This document shows positions 8,193-18,115 of a DNA stretch of 64,000 nt, piece by piece. The notes beneath the pieces were generated by a model, which was not told the origin of the DNA, ran no database searches, and saw only the letters and a list, made by a program, of their open reading frames with translations. The first letter of the stretch is position 1. Each line of letters starts with the position of its first letter. Source of the DNA: a virus. The stretch is from IMG/VR virus record IMGVR_UViG_3300027970_000001, positions 1-64,000 of that record. One strand, written 5' to 3'. The position numbers were made by a program, and so were the translations under genes.

Positions 8193-9446
8193 ATGGGCTG
8201 GAAGAACCAAGAGGCGTACGAAACCGTCGCCGCCGCCCGCGTCAAGCTGGCAGAGGAAATCCGACCCTACCTGGCCACCTCGCTCTACGCATGCGTCCTG
8301 CTGGAAGAGCCGATGTGCTCGTCCGCTGCCGTGGACGAGTTCTGGCGCATGTACTGGAATCCGAAACAGGCGATCGCCTGGGGTGTCAGCGGATGCGTCG
8401 CGGTCATGTACCACGAGATCATGCACCCGCTACGAGAACACCACGCTCGCGCCAGGACCATGGGCGTGCTGATTGGCGAGGAAGTCGCCAACATCGCAGC
8501 GGACCTTGAAATCAACGACGATCACGAGCAGGAAAACCGCACTCTCGGAGACATCCCGCCGCTGCCCGAGGGTGCCTACTACCCTCGCATGTTCAAGCTG
8601 CCCGAAAACCTGACCTTTGAGCGGTACTACGAGGCCCTCAAGGACAAACAAGGCAAGAAGTCAGGCACCGGATGGAAGCCAGATTGCGGCTCCGGGGCCA
8701 CCGGCAACCCCAGACCGTGGGAAAAGGGGTCTCCAGAGTCATCGGGCGTCGATGGGCTGGAAGAAGCGGACGCCTACGACGTCATCCGTCGCACCGCAGA
8801 GCAGGTACGACAGGCCGCCGAGGCCACGCGAGGCGTTGTCCCCGGGTCGCTCGTGTCATGGTCCGAGGCGATCTTGAAGCCCAGGCCCATCCCTTGGCAG
8901 CGTGAGATCGGAGCATGCGTTCGGCGCACCGTCGAAGACGTGAAGGGGCACCTGTTTTCTTCCTATGCCAGGCCCTCTCGGCGCCAAAGCGCGCTGCCCG
9001 ACTTCGTCCTGCCGTCCATGCGGTCTCCTGTGCCGATCATCACCGTGGTGGGCGACACCAGCGCATCCATGGACGACGAAAAGGCCCTTCCCATCGTGCG
9101 CGGCACCATTGAAGACCTCTGCCGAGCCCTTGGGGCCACCGTGACCTTCATCGCGTGCGATTCGGCCGTTGCTGCCGTCCAGCACAACGTCTCCAAGGGC
9201 AGCACCGTCAAGCTCGCTGGCCGAGGTGGCACCGATATGCGCGTCGGAATCAAGGCTGCGCTGGAACGAAAGCCAAGGCCCGATGCGGTGATCGTCGTGA
9301 CAGACGGCGAGACCCCTTGGCCGAGCGTCGAACCTAAAGGCACCCGCATCGTCGCGGCAATCGTCAACGACCGAAAGGTTGAGACGCCGCCCAGCTTCAT
9401 CCGTACCGTTCACGTCAATCCAGAGCACATCGAGGCAAGCAAGTGA
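8193..9446 (+). CDS. VWA-like protein with N-terminal HExxH metallopeptidase-like domain (DUF2201 type)
   Basis: HEIMH; MIDAS-like GDTSASM, GRGGTD, VVTDG; usual partner of the upstream AAA+. Confidence 0.85.
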   Translation: MGWKNQEAYETVAAARVKLAEEIRPYLATSLYACVLLEEPMCSSAAVDEFWRMYWNPKQAIAWGVSGCVAVMYHEIMHPLREHHARARTMGVLIGEEVANIAADLEINDDHEQENRTLGDIPPLPEGAYYPRMFKLPENLTFERYYEALKDKQGKKSGTGWKPDCGSGATGNPRPWEKGSPESSGVDGLEEADAYDVIRRTAEQVRQAAEATRGVVPGSLVSWSEAILKPRPIPWQREIGACVRRTVEDVKGHLFSSYARPSRRQSALPDFVLPSMRSPVPIITVVGDTSASMDDEKALPIVRGTIEDLCRALGATVTFIACDSAVAAVQHNVSKGSTVKLAGRGGTDMRVGIKAALERKPRPDAVIVVTDGETPWPSVEPKGTRIVAAIVNDRKVETPPSFIRTVHVNPEHIEASK

Positions 9447-10240
9447 CCAGCATCGTTCTGCACTCCAAGGCAGCGGCTCCCAAGAAGAAGTCCAAGGCCC
9501 AGAAGGCAGTCTCGGTTGACCCGAGCGAGCCGCAGCCCATCTGCTCGACTCGCATCCTATGCTTCGACAAGCACGGAGAGAGCGTCAAGCATCAGATCTT
9601 GTGGTTCGGGGACAGGTTCGTGTGCCGCGGATGCCAGGAAGCGGACGCACGAAGCTCCAAGAACGCGGCCATGGCGGCCCTTGGCGGCAAGGCATACTGG
9701 GGAGAAGAGGACTCGGGGTGCGAAGCTCTGATGACCCTGCTCAAGATGGTCCCGTACATGAACGTCGGCGACCAGGACGACCGATTCTTGGGTAACACCG
9801 TCAAGCCGGGTCCGTTCCGAGACCTGTACTACGACTACGAGAGCAACTCCCTCTTCAAGGCGGTACAGAAGGCCAAGAAGGCCAGAGACCTCATGGGCAA
9901 AGAGCACGTCTACGACGCAGCACTCAAGGCCGCCGTGAAGCACGCCGACACCTACGACAACGACGACGTGACCGAGGACATGATCGTGTTCAAGTGGAAC
10001 GTCCCCACGTCGAAGATGAACGGACAGCGGGTCGCGTGGTGGCCGCTCGATACGTGGCACCTGCCGATCGCCCCCGACTGGTACGACACCGTATACAAGT
10101 CGTGCAAGGGCATCATCGGCGGCAAGTTCGTCTGCGGCATCTCAGAAGACGGCGTCGTGTATGCCGTGGACTGCTCGGGAGATGGCAAGATGGTCGTTCG
10201 CCCGTTCGCCAAGCAAGGAAACAGGCTCTCGCCGGCATGA
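9443..10240 (+). CDS. Hypothetical protein
   Basis: Coupled ORF, 265 aa, CRGC motif. Confidence 0.7.
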   Translation: MTSIVLHSKAAAPKKKSKAQKAVSVDPSEPQPICSTRILCFDKHGESVKHQILWFGDRFVCRGCQEADARSSKNAAMAALGGKAYWGEEDSGCEALMTLLKMVPYMNVGDQDDRFLGNTVKPGPFRDLYYDYESNSLFKAVQKAKKARDLMGKEHVYDAALKAAVKHADTYDNDDVTEDMIVFKWNVPTSKMNGQRVAWWPLDTWHLPIAPDWYDTVYKSCKGIIGGKFVCGISEDGVVYAVDCSGDGKMVVRPFAKQGNRLSPA

Positions 10241-10572
10241 CCTTCGATTGCACCAAGTGCGGAGCCTGTTGCGTCAGCGACGGGGGAGTCGAGGCACCGT
10301 GGATTCCTCTGACCGCAGCGGAGCGCCGAAGGCTCCCCGCCGCTGCCAAGAAGCTCACGGTCCTCAACCGACCCTGGGTCGACGGTCACGCAATCTGCAC
10401 GAAGCTGAACGCCGACTCAGACCGAGTCTGCGCCATGCTCGAAGGTAGCGTCGGGGTCGACGTCCGCTGCGCGGTGTACGACAAGCGACCGTCCCTGTGC
10501 CGGGACTTCGCCCCCGGCAGTCGAGGGTGCCTGGAAGCCAGGAAAGAAAACCTGACTGATCCCGTCAGGTAG
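10237..10572 (+). CDS. YkgJ family CxxCxxCC cysteine-cluster protein
   Basis: CTKCGACC ... C ... CAVYDKRPSLCRDF. Confidence 0.85.
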   Translation: MTFDCTKCGACCVSDGGVEAPWIPLTAAERRRLPAAAKKLTVLNRPWVDGHAICTKLNADSDRVCAMLEGSVGVDVRCAVYDKRPSLCRDFAPGSRGCLEARKENLTDPVR

Positions 10573-11161
10573 GACGGGAGGTCTTGCGCGAACGGGCCTT
10601 GGCAGTCCGAGACTGCTTTTCCCTCTGGAGCAAGTGCCCGAACGCCTGTCCGAAGGTGTTCGGGTCTCCTCCCCAGTCCTTCCACCGTGCAGCGGCGGTC
10701 GTCGCGGTCATGAAGGCTTCGGCCTTGCCGCTGGGGCTCGCCCGCACGAGAATCCCGGGCTTGCCGGTGTCGGGATTCGTCACCTCGTCCATGGCCCAGA
10801 TGAACTCTTCACGAGACTTCCTGGGGTGAACGACGATGCCCCCGGGCGAACGCTTCACGTGGATGACGAACGCCTTCTTGCGGCCCCGCGAGGGCTTCGA
10901 GGATGAACCGGAAGACGACTTTTTGGGGGCTGACGCGGCAGACTCGGGGAGCATGTGCCCGAACGCCTTGAGGTAGTCCTCGCGCGTGACGCCCTCCTTC
11001 TTGAGCAACGCCCACGCCTGAGTCGCATCCGGCCACCCAGCCATGCCATCGAGGTCAACAAAGACGCAGTCTTCGCCCGTCACCGGGTTGACGTCCTGCT
11101 TGGCTAGGACTGGCAGCAGCCCGGAGATCTTGAGGTAGCCCTTGCGTACTGTGGTTTCCAT
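10565..11161 (-). CDS. Hypothetical protein with basic C-terminal tail
   Basis: Lone reverse gene; TAGCTT 8 nt before ATG; ends KARSRKTSRPT. Confidence 0.65.
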   Translation of the reverse strand: METTVRKGYLKISGLLPVLAKQDVNPVTGEDCVFVDLDGMAGWPDATQAWALLKKEGVTREDYLKAFGHMLPESAASAPKKSSSGSSSKPSRGRKKAFVIHVKRSPGGIVVHPRKSREEFIWAMDEVTNPDTGKPGILVRASPSGKAEAFMTATTAAARWKDWGGDPNTFGQAFGHLLQREKQSRTAKARSRKTSRPT

Positions 11162-11195
11162 CGTGCCAAAAGCTAGCAGACCCCCTTCCACTTGT

Positions 11196-11243
11196 TTACA
11201 TCAGACTTATGCTATTGACCCGCCACACCGAACATGGTATCGG
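11196..11243 (+). promoter_or_regulatory. Divergent promoter region with TTACATCAGAC box
   Basis: TTACATCAGAC 11196-11206; TTGACC 11215-11220; precedes the replication operon. Confidence 0.45.
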
Positions 11244-11269
11244 CGGGTCTCCAACAAAGGAGAAACGTC

Positions 11270-11509
11270 GTGACTGCTCCCGGTGCAATCAAAAGTCGGG
11301 GTCTGCTTTCCACAGGGGAAGTGGCCGAGAAGATGTCCGTCCACAGGTCGACGGTCTGGCAGTGGATCTCATCGGGCGCTCTGAAAGCCCAGAAGATCGG
11401 CCCGAAGTACATGGGCATCAAGCCGTCAGACCTGGCCGAATTTGAGCGACGTTACGTTCAGGACGTCGGCTCCACAGCAGCAAGCAAGCCAAAGAAGGGG
11501 AAGAAGTGA
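11270..11509 (+). CDS. Excisionase/MerR-like HTH DNA-binding protein
   Basis: LLSTGEVAEKMSVHRSTVWQWISSGALKAQKIG; SD AAAGGAG. Confidence 0.85.
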   Translation: MTAPGAIKSRGLLSTGEVAEKMSVHRSTVWQWISSGALKAQKIGPKYMGIKPSDLAEFERRYVQDVGSTAASKPKKGKK

Positions 11510-12501
11510 TGGAACAGGGAATCAGGGAGCGAACCGTGGTGGAGGGGTCGGTGGTCAAGGAAGCCCACCCGCTGGCCGCCCCTGCTCAGTCGACGATCAC
11601 GCTCGACCAGCTCGGGAACCTGGGCTTCATCACGCCGATTGCGAGCCCCGAGGTGCTCCGCGCGGCGTTCGACCAGCGCCAGAAGATGATTGCGGCGATC
11701 TTGGACCCGCGCGACTTCATCTACACCGTTCCCTACGTCGAGAACGGCCGCCAGAAGCAGCAGGTCTGCAACTCACGGGAAGAGGCCGAGAAGTGGTCTG
11801 CCCAGTACGGCACCCGCTACACGGCCAACCCCAAGAAGTCCGGCGTCGTGAAGCTCGCGGTCGCCCTTGGCATCGAGGCCAAGCGCACCGGATGCAGCGG
11901 GCTTCCCGATGACGGCATGGCCAACTTCTCCTACGCGACATACGTGGCACGCCACACCCGCACGGGTGCCGAGGCCGAGGGCGTGGGCTGGTGCGACCGA
12001 GCCGAGCGCGGCGGACGCATGAGCACGCACGATATCATCGCCATGGCCGACACGCGCGCCTACTGCCGCGCGGTCCTGCGCCTCGCCGGCCTTGGGGACG
12101 TCTCGGCCGACGAGATTCTCGGCAGTCCCGACTTCATCGGCGGTGGAACCCAGGTCGTGGACGGCCCCGCGCCGACTTCGCCCCCCAAGCGCCCCGCTCA
12201 GGCGGCTATCCAGGCTCCGGTTGCGGAGGCCAAGCTGGAAGCGGTCGTCGAGTCCAGGGTCGAAGCGGAGCCTGAGACGGTCTCGCAGGGCTGGAGCCTG
12301 TCGCCCAGCGGCAACGACGATGAGATCCTCGTCACCCAGGCCCAGGCCCAGAAGCTCTCTCTTCTCGCTGTCGAGAAGCTGGGAACCAAGGAGGACGCCC
12401 GTAAGTGGCTGAACCAGACGTTCGGCCTGTCCCGTTCCACGGACATGCCCGCATCGAAGTACGAACACGCAATCGCTCTGCTGAACAACACCGGAAAGTG
12501 A
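11509..12501 (+). CDS. Putative single-strand annealing protein (Rad52/Sak-like)
   Basis: HDIIAMADTRAYCRAVLRLAGLGDVSADE motif; Pro/Ala linker; adjacent to an SSB-like gene. Confidence 0.6.
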   Translation: MEQGIRERTVVEGSVVKEAHPLAAPAQSTITLDQLGNLGFITPIASPEVLRAAFDQRQKMIAAILDPRDFIYTVPYVENGRQKQQVCNSREEAEKWSAQYGTRYTANPKKSGVVKLAVALGIEAKRTGCSGLPDDGMANFSYATYVARHTRTGAEAEGVGWCDRAERGGRMSTHDIIAMADTRAYCRAVLRLAGLGDVSADEILGSPDFIGGGTQVVDGPAPTSPPKRPAQAAIQAPVAEAKLEAVVESRVEAEPETVSQGWSLSPSGNDDEILVTQAQAQKLSLLAVEKLGTKEDARKWLNQTFGLSRSTDMPASKYEHAIALLNNTGK

Positions 12502-12509
12502 GAGACTGA

Positions 12510-12992
12510 ATGGCCAAGATCGCTGTCAAGCACCAGGGGATGACGGATCCTGATGCGAAGAAGATCCCTCCTCGCACCCCCATCGCCGCTGGCGTCTACC
12601 AGGCTGCAATCGTCAACGTGCAGACCGGCCTGACCAAGACGACGCCGAGCCTCCAGAAGCTGACTGTCGAGTTCCAGGTGCTTTACAACGCAGAAACCAA
12701 AGACGACGGCTTCAAGAACCGTCGCGTCTACCAGGACTACGTGCTGGAGCCGGGGGTCAACGAGGAGGCCAACCACATGCAGCGAGCCCGCCTCGTTCAG
12801 CTTCTCGACGCGGCCAAGGTGCCGTTCGACAACTCCGGTTTCGACGACGAAGACCTCAAGAGCAAGGCGGTCAAGATCACCGTCCGCACCCGCCAGGGCA
12901 CCCAGCAGTCGCAGGACGGCACCTTCCCCGTGTTCGCCAACGTCGTCATGGTGGACGCACCGGACGACGTCAATCCCGACGATCTTCTCTGA
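12510..12992 (+). CDS. DUF669-like phage ssDNA-binding protein
   Basis: PIAAGVYQAAIVNV ... KLTVEFQV ... KAVKITV; acidic C-terminus. Confidence 0.7.
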   Translation: MAKIAVKHQGMTDPDAKKIPPRTPIAAGVYQAAIVNVQTGLTKTTPSLQKLTVEFQVLYNAETKDDGFKNRRVYQDYVLEPGVNEEANHMQRARLVQLLDAAKVPFDNSGFDDEDLKSKAVKITVRTRQGTQQSQDGTFPVFANVVMVDAPDDVNPDDLL

Positions 12993-13006
12993 GATAAGGA
13001 GCAGCC

Positions 13007-15538
13007 GTGGCCTGGATCCGAATGGCACCCATCGTCCACTCACCGTGGACCTCGCAAGACAGGCGACCCTGGACCCATCAGCCCGATGGGCACTCCTACT
13101 GGGTTGACGTCCAGCCTTCCAGCGAGAGACTTGCGATCCAGGCCACGGGCACCGCCGAGCCCAAGCTGGTCATCCCAGCAGAAAGCAGCGAAGCGAGAAG
13201 TCAGCGCACAGTCATTCGCCTCAGGGACTATCAAATCGAGGCGATTGATGCGGTAGAATCGTCGTGGAAGAGCGATAAAAAATCGCCACTTGTTGTGCTC
13301 CCGACCGGGTGCCACCGCGCCGGCCAGGGCATACTGATGTTCGACGGCTCGATCAAGAAGGTCGAAGACGTCGAACAGGGTGACCTGTTGATGGGGCCCG
13401 ATTCTAAGCCAAGGACGGTTCTCGCCCTCTGCCGTGGCGAAGGCCCCATGGCGACAGTCCGGCCCGTGAAGGGGCGCGAGTGGACCGTCAACGATGAGCA
13501 CGTTCTCTCGATCTGTTTTGACGAGCGCCCGGACGACCTGATTGATTTGACGGTCAGAGACTTCGAGGGCCGATCGGATGAGTATAGGTCGGCAGCGAGG
13601 ATCTTCCGCGCAGGCATCGTTCGGGAGCGCGTATCGTTTACGACTGAGCGCACCGGCACGGTGGAGCCGTACTTTGGCTTCGTCCTCGACGGCGATCACC
13701 GCTACCTGCTTGACGACTTCACCGTCACGCACAATAGCGGCAAGACCATCCTCGCCGCAGAGACTATCCACCGTTTCTGCACCGCAAACCCGATGTCTAG
13801 CGCTCTGTTCGTTGCCCATCGCAAGGAACTTCTTGAGCAGACGAGGGGCAAGATCGTTGCGGTGAGCGACAAGGTATCGGTTGGCGTCGTCCAGGCGAAG
13901 ACGAACCAGCTTGGCCGCAAGGCGACGGTGGCCTCGATTCAGACGATCGGCCACAGCAGCGGGGCGCGACTTGCGGACCTGATGCAGCATGGGCCCATCG
14001 GCCTGGTGATCGTGGACGAAGCTCATCACGCCATCAGCGGGTCGATGTACGACCGCGTGATTCGGCGGCTTCGAGAGGTCAACCCTGGCCTTGTCATCAT
14101 GGGAATCACCGCGACCCCGGGGCGCGCGGACGGCACCGGCCTCGACACGATGTTCGATAGCATCGCGTACGAGCGGGACATCTTCTGGATGATCGACAAC
14201 GGCTGGCTCGTGCCGCCGACCGGCGTTCAGGTTCCGATCAACATCGACCTGGACCAGGTGGCGACCAGGGAGGACGGCGACTACGTCGAAAGCCAGCTTG
14301 CCAAGGTCATGGACCAGGAGCCTGTCAGGCAAGCCATCGTCCGAGCCTGGATGCAGCACGGCCAGGACCGCAAGATGCTCGTGTTCTGCGTGAACGTGGC
14401 CCACGCCCAGAGCCTCGCGCAGGACTTCTGCGATGCGGGCTACGCGGCAGGGTGCGTCTGGGGCGCGATGCCAGACGCAGAGCGAGAAAGAACCCTCAAC
14501 GACTTCCGCCTGGGCAAGCTCAAGCTGCTTTGCAACGTGGGCGTCCTGACCGAGGGCTACGACGATCCGTCGTGCGAGGGAATCCTCTTCGCAAGGCCCA
14601 CCCAATCGCAAGGTCTCTACCTTCAGGTCGTCGGAAGGGCGCTTCGCCTCTACCCCGGCAAGACCGAGGCGCTCATCATCGACTGCGTCGGGAACTCCGA
14701 GCGGCACAGCCCCGTTCAGCTTGCGACCCTTGCTGGGCTCTCGGCTCCTGGCACGCCCGCCGAGCTTGAAGAGGGAGAAGAGGAAGAGGGCAACAGCCCC
14801 GAGGACGAGGAAGAGCTTGTCGTCAACGACGCGGAATCTGGCTCGGGCAGGATCATCGACTTTCAGGCAAGGGCCCGGAGGCGAACCCAGAAGTATGCCT
14901 GGCGAGAGAGTTCGGCGGGCTGGCAGTTGTCGGTTCCGGGCCTTGGATACTTCCTCGTCGGCTGGATGGACGCGACCAAGACGAAGTCGAGCGTGTTCTT
15001 CTACGACCAGAGGCCGACCCGCAAGAGCGACCATCCGATTCGCCTCACCACGCGGGCGCTCGATTTTGACCTTGCGTACGGCATGGTCGAAAGCGAAATG
15101 GACCGCCTGGTCTACGCGATGACCTCCAGGCGCGGCTCAAGTCCGCTCGGAGGAGGCGAAAGCGCCACCCCGAGCGACTCGGAGGGTCCTGTAGAAGGCG
15201 AGTGGATTCAGAAGATTCGAGACAACGGGCAGCAAGAACTTCCGGCCGTCCAAGAGCACATGGTTCGCTCTGATGCGGCATGGAGGTCGAAGCCTCCGAC
15301 CGAACGTCAGATTGAACAGTTCCGGCGAGCGAAGGGCAAAAAGGCCAAGCTCCCATCGACCGCTGGAGAAATGTCGGACGCGCTCTCTGCCGTGTTCACG
15401 GAGCGCGACCTGAAGAAGAGAGAGCCGGCGACTGCCGGCCAGTTGAGGTACCTGCACGTGCTTGGAGCGCCAACGCACAATGGGATCACGAAGGGCGAGG
15501 CGGCGAGGCTCATCGCTCAGTACGGGGGTTCGAGATGA
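13007..15538 (+). CDS. SF2 DEAH helicase (RadD/UvsW/Irc3-like) containing an intein
   Basis: LRDYQ, split Walker A LPTG/SGKT, DEAHH, TATPGR, VLTEGYD, QVVGRALR; SD AAGGAG. Confidence 0.9.
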   Translation: MAWIRMAPIVHSPWTSQDRRPWTHQPDGHSYWVDVQPSSERLAIQATGTAEPKLVIPAESSEARSQRTVIRLRDYQIEAIDAVESSWKSDKKSPLVVLPTGCHRAGQGILMFDGSIKKVEDVEQGDLLMGPDSKPRTVLALCRGEGPMATVRPVKGREWTVNDEHVLSICFDERPDDLIDLTVRDFEGRSDEYRSAARIFRAGIVRERVSFTTERTGTVEPYFGFVLDGDHRYLLDDFTVTHNSGKTILAAETIHRFCTANPMSSALFVAHRKELLEQTRGKIVAVSDKVSVGVVQAKTNQLGRKATVASIQTIGHSSGARLADLMQHGPIGLVIVDEAHHAISGSMYDRVIRRLREVNPGLVIMGITATPGRADGTGLDTMFDSIAYERDIFWMIDNGWLVPPTGVQVPINIDLDQVATREDGDYVESQLAKVMDQEPVRQAIVRAWMQHGQDRKMLVFCVNVAHAQSLAQDFCDAGYAAGCVWGAMPDAERERTLNDFRLGKLKLLCNVGVLTEGYDDPSCEGILFARPTQSQGLYLQVVGRALRLYPGKTEALIIDCVGNSERHSPVQLATLAGLSAPGTPAELEEGEEEEGNSPEDEEELVVNDAESGSGRIIDFQARARRRTQKYAWRESSAGWQLSVPGLGYFLVGWMDATKTKSSVFFYDQRPTRKSDHPIRLTTRALDFDLAYGMVESEMDRLVYAMTSRRGSSPLGGGESATPSDSEGPVEGEWIQKIRDNGQQELPAVQEHMVRSDAAWRSKPPTERQIEQFRRAKGKKAKLPSTAGEMSDALSAVFTERDLKKREPATAGQLRYLHVLGAPTHNGITKGEAARLIAQYGGSR
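13310..13735 (+). mobile_element. Mini-intein (142 aa, no homing endonuclease) in helicase Walker A
   Basis: Begins Cys (CHRAGQGILMFDG), block B NDEHVL, ends DFTVTHN followed by Ser+1. Confidence 0.9.
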
Positions 15539-16173
15539 TTGACCATTATTCCTCCTGGCTCAAGCAACCCATGGTCAGCATCGACGTGGAAACGACGGGC
15601 CTCGACCACAAGAACGAGCGTGTCGTCGAGCTTGGCCTTGTCCGCATCGAGGGCGGGGTCGTTGTTGAAAAGTGGTCGTCCCTGCTGAACCCAGGCAAGC
15701 CCATCCCCAGGGAAGTGTCCAACATCCATGGGATCTTCGACCGCGATGTCGAAGGGCAGCCCAAGTTCGTCCATGTGATGGAGTCGGCCCTGCGAATCCT
15801 GCGAGACGCCATCCCTGTGGCCTACAACGCTGACTTCGACCAGAAGTTCATCTGGGAAGAGGCGTACAGGTGCGGCGTCTACAACACGCTCTCCCATATC
15901 CCAGCGCTCGACCCGAACTTCCCATGGATCGATCCGATGGTATGGTCGCGGCACTTCCACGGGAACAACGGACGAGGCGAAAACACCCTCGGTAGGTCGT
16001 GCGAGAGGCACGGCATCTCCATCAAGGACGCCCATCGCGCGGGCGATGATGCAGAGGCTTGCGGCAAGCTGCTTTTGGCCATGTCCGAGAAAATCGGCAT
16101 CGAACAGACGTTTGGTCAGATCATCATGCGCCAGCGTGATATCAAGGCCACCAGGGGCGCTCGCAGGCAATGA
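15535..16173 (+). CDS. DEDDh 3'-5' exonuclease (DnaQ-like)
   Basis: IDVETTG, AYNADFD, HRAGDDA. Confidence 0.9.
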   Translation: MIDHYSSWLKQPMVSIDVETTGLDHKNERVVELGLVRIEGGVVVEKWSSLLNPGKPIPREVSNIHGIFDRDVEGQPKFVHVMESALRILRDAIPVAYNADFDQKFIWEEAYRCGVYNTLSHIPALDPNFPWIDPMVWSRHFHGNNGRGENTLGRSCERHGISIKDAHRAGDDAEACGKLLLAMSEKIGIEQTFGQIIMRQRDIKATRGARRQ

Positions 16174-16409
16174 GAGTCACGGCTCGCAAGCCAGGGCAAC
16201 AGGCCGACGACTGGTTTGAGGCCGTCAAAAGAAGAAGGTCTCGCGAGCCAGACCTTCGCATCGCGGCCATGGCAAAGCTTGGTGCCCCAAGCAGCAGATG
16301 CCCCGTGTGCGACCACGTGTTCTTGACGTCCGGCGGCAAGTCGGTCTGCTCAGGCGAATGCGAAAGCCTGCACTCAACAGGTCCTCTAGGTTGGCGCGAT
16401 GACCCCTGA
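16170..16409 (+). CDS. Small zinc-finger protein
   Basis: CPVC..CSGEC; coupled. Confidence 0.6.
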   Translation: MRVTARKPGQQADDWFEAVKRRRSREPDLRIAAMAKLGAPSSRCPVCDHVFLTSGGKSVCSGECESLHSTGPLGWRDDP

Positions 16410-17529
16410 AGACAAGGTTCGCATACTCCGAGAACTCACCCGTGGCGCAGACGATGTCTACGCGCTGCGTGGCGAAGAGCACTGGAGGCCCGTCTACGGG
16501 AAGCTCAACGACTCGATGCTCGTCAGGCACCTGACAGGTGACGTCGAGGTCGGAAGCTACCCGCTGCTTCCGAACGGAAACGAGCTGCCGACCGTCTGGT
16601 GGATTGCCGCCGACTTCGACGGCAAGCGGACAGGCTCCGACTGGGAGTCCGACGTCACCCGCGCAACCTCCTTCATGCTTGAGACGGGATGCTCCATCCT
16701 GGTCAACCGCTCCAGGTCTGGTGACGGGGCCCACGTCCGGGCGCTCTTCAAAGAGCCCGTGCCCGCATGGATGGCAAGGAGATGGATGACAGCGTGGCTT
16801 GAAGAAGCCCAGGTCGTCCGAGAAGAGGGAGACAGCTTCGATGTGCCATCCAGCTTCGATAGGCTGATCCCGCCTCAGGACACCCTGCTCACAGGGCTGA
16901 CCAAGTTCTCGCAGAGGCGGCCAGGCAACCTCATCGGAAGCCCCCTGAACGGCAAGCTCGCCCGCAGGAAGGGCGGAACCCTGCCCATCTGCCCGGAGAT
17001 GGCCTCCAAGGGGAAGTTCGAGCCAGACGGCCGGCATTGGTTCTGGGCGAGCAAGGCCCTGGAAGAGCGCTCGTGGGGAGTCTCCGAGCTTCGCGCTGGG
17101 CTCGCGGAGACGCCAGGCGTCCCCGACCTCAACCCTCCAGCAGGATACCGTCGCCTCGACGGCGCGTACGCCCTGAGGGTCATCAAGGCCGACGACACGC
17201 ACCTCGATTTCAGCGCTCACTTCTGCGAGTTCTTCAAACAGATGGCCGAGGGCAAGCTGACCTACGAACTCTGGGTGGCGCTCGCATCTCAGCTCCACAG
17301 GTTCGGAGAGGCAGGCAAGGGGCTGTTCCATCAGATCAGCTCGACTGACCCGCGCTATGATCCTGACAACACCGAAATGAAGTGGGACCAGACCTCCGAC
17401 ATGATGCCCGTCCGATGCGACACCCTCGCATCCAAGGGATGGACCTGTCCGCACCTTCGCACCGAGCGCTGCGGAGGAGCCGGGGCGCCCAGCTACTTCC
17501 ACGACCACCAGGAGCACGAGAGCCTGTGA
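16399..17529 (+). CDS. Archaeo-eukaryotic primase with Cys-rich C-terminal domain
   Basis: AEP motifs AADFDG and SRSGDGAH; C-terminal FC...RC...TCP...RC. Confidence 0.8.
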   Translation: MTPEDKVRILRELTRGADDVYALRGEEHWRPVYGKLNDSMLVRHLTGDVEVGSYPLLPNGNELPTVWWIAADFDGKRTGSDWESDVTRATSFMLETGCSILVNRSRSGDGAHVRALFKEPVPAWMARRWMTAWLEEAQVVREEGDSFDVPSSFDRLIPPQDTLLTGLTKFSQRRPGNLIGSPLNGKLARRKGGTLPICPEMASKGKFEPDGRHWFWASKALEERSWGVSELRAGLAETPGVPDLNPPAGYRRLDGAYALRVIKADDTHLDFSAHFCEFFKQMAEGKLTYELWVALASQLHRFGEAGKGLFHQISSTDPRYDPDNTEMKWDQTSDMMPVRCDTLASKGWTCPHLRTERCGGAGAPSYFHDHQEHESL

Positions 17530-17702
17530 GCCACCAGGAGCGGAGCCCGCTGCCGTTCAACAAAGACGTGGACAAGTACGTTCGCTTCTGCTGGCGAGCC
17601 GTGTCAGGCCGCTCGTGCAATTGCAGCGAGGTCGACGAACAAGAGAGGCCCTGCCTCTGGTGTGAGTGCAAGCGTTCGATCCGAGAGCGCTCGAAGCTGT
17701 GA
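17526..17702 (+). CDS. Small Cys-rich protein
   Basis: GTGA overlap; CNC..CLWCEC. Confidence 0.55.
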   Translation: MSHQERSPLPFNKDVDKYVRFCWRAVSGRSCNCSEVDEQERPCLWCECKRSIRERSKL

Positions 17703-18115
17703 CCTCAAAGGCTCAAAAGATCCTCGACGTTGAAAGGCAGATCGACTCCCTCACCAAGGAGCGAGAAAAGCTGCTTGGAGCCGTTGGTCCGAGACAGAGC
17801 GGGTACGCAGACGGACGACGCGTCTCGCCCACGCCCTACACCCAGTTTGAGATCGCTGCCATCAAGAGGGCCAACATCACCGCCAGGCAGATAGCCGACG
17901 CTGAGGACTCTCTGTACAACCTCCGCATCGACTTCCTTGAAGAGCTTGCGGGCAAGGTAAACGAGGAGGTCGATCAAGACCCCGAGACGCTGCTCAGAGC
18001 CTCCCTGTCGGTCTTCCACAGGCTCTACAAAAAGGGGCACAAGGAGCCCGAGCAGATCGTCCTGATGAAGATGCTGGTGGACTACATCCGCTCCCTCAAG
18101 GATGACGATGACTAG
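17699..18115 (+). CDS. Hypothetical helical protein
   Basis: Coupled ORF, coiled-coil N-terminus. Confidence 0.65.
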   Translation: MTSKAQKILDVERQIDSLTKEREKLLGAVGPRQSGYADGRRVSPTPYTQFEIAAIKRANITARQIADAEDSLYNLRIDFLEELAGKVNEEVDQDPETLLRASLSVFHRLYKKGHKEPEQIVLMKMLVDYIRSLKDDDD

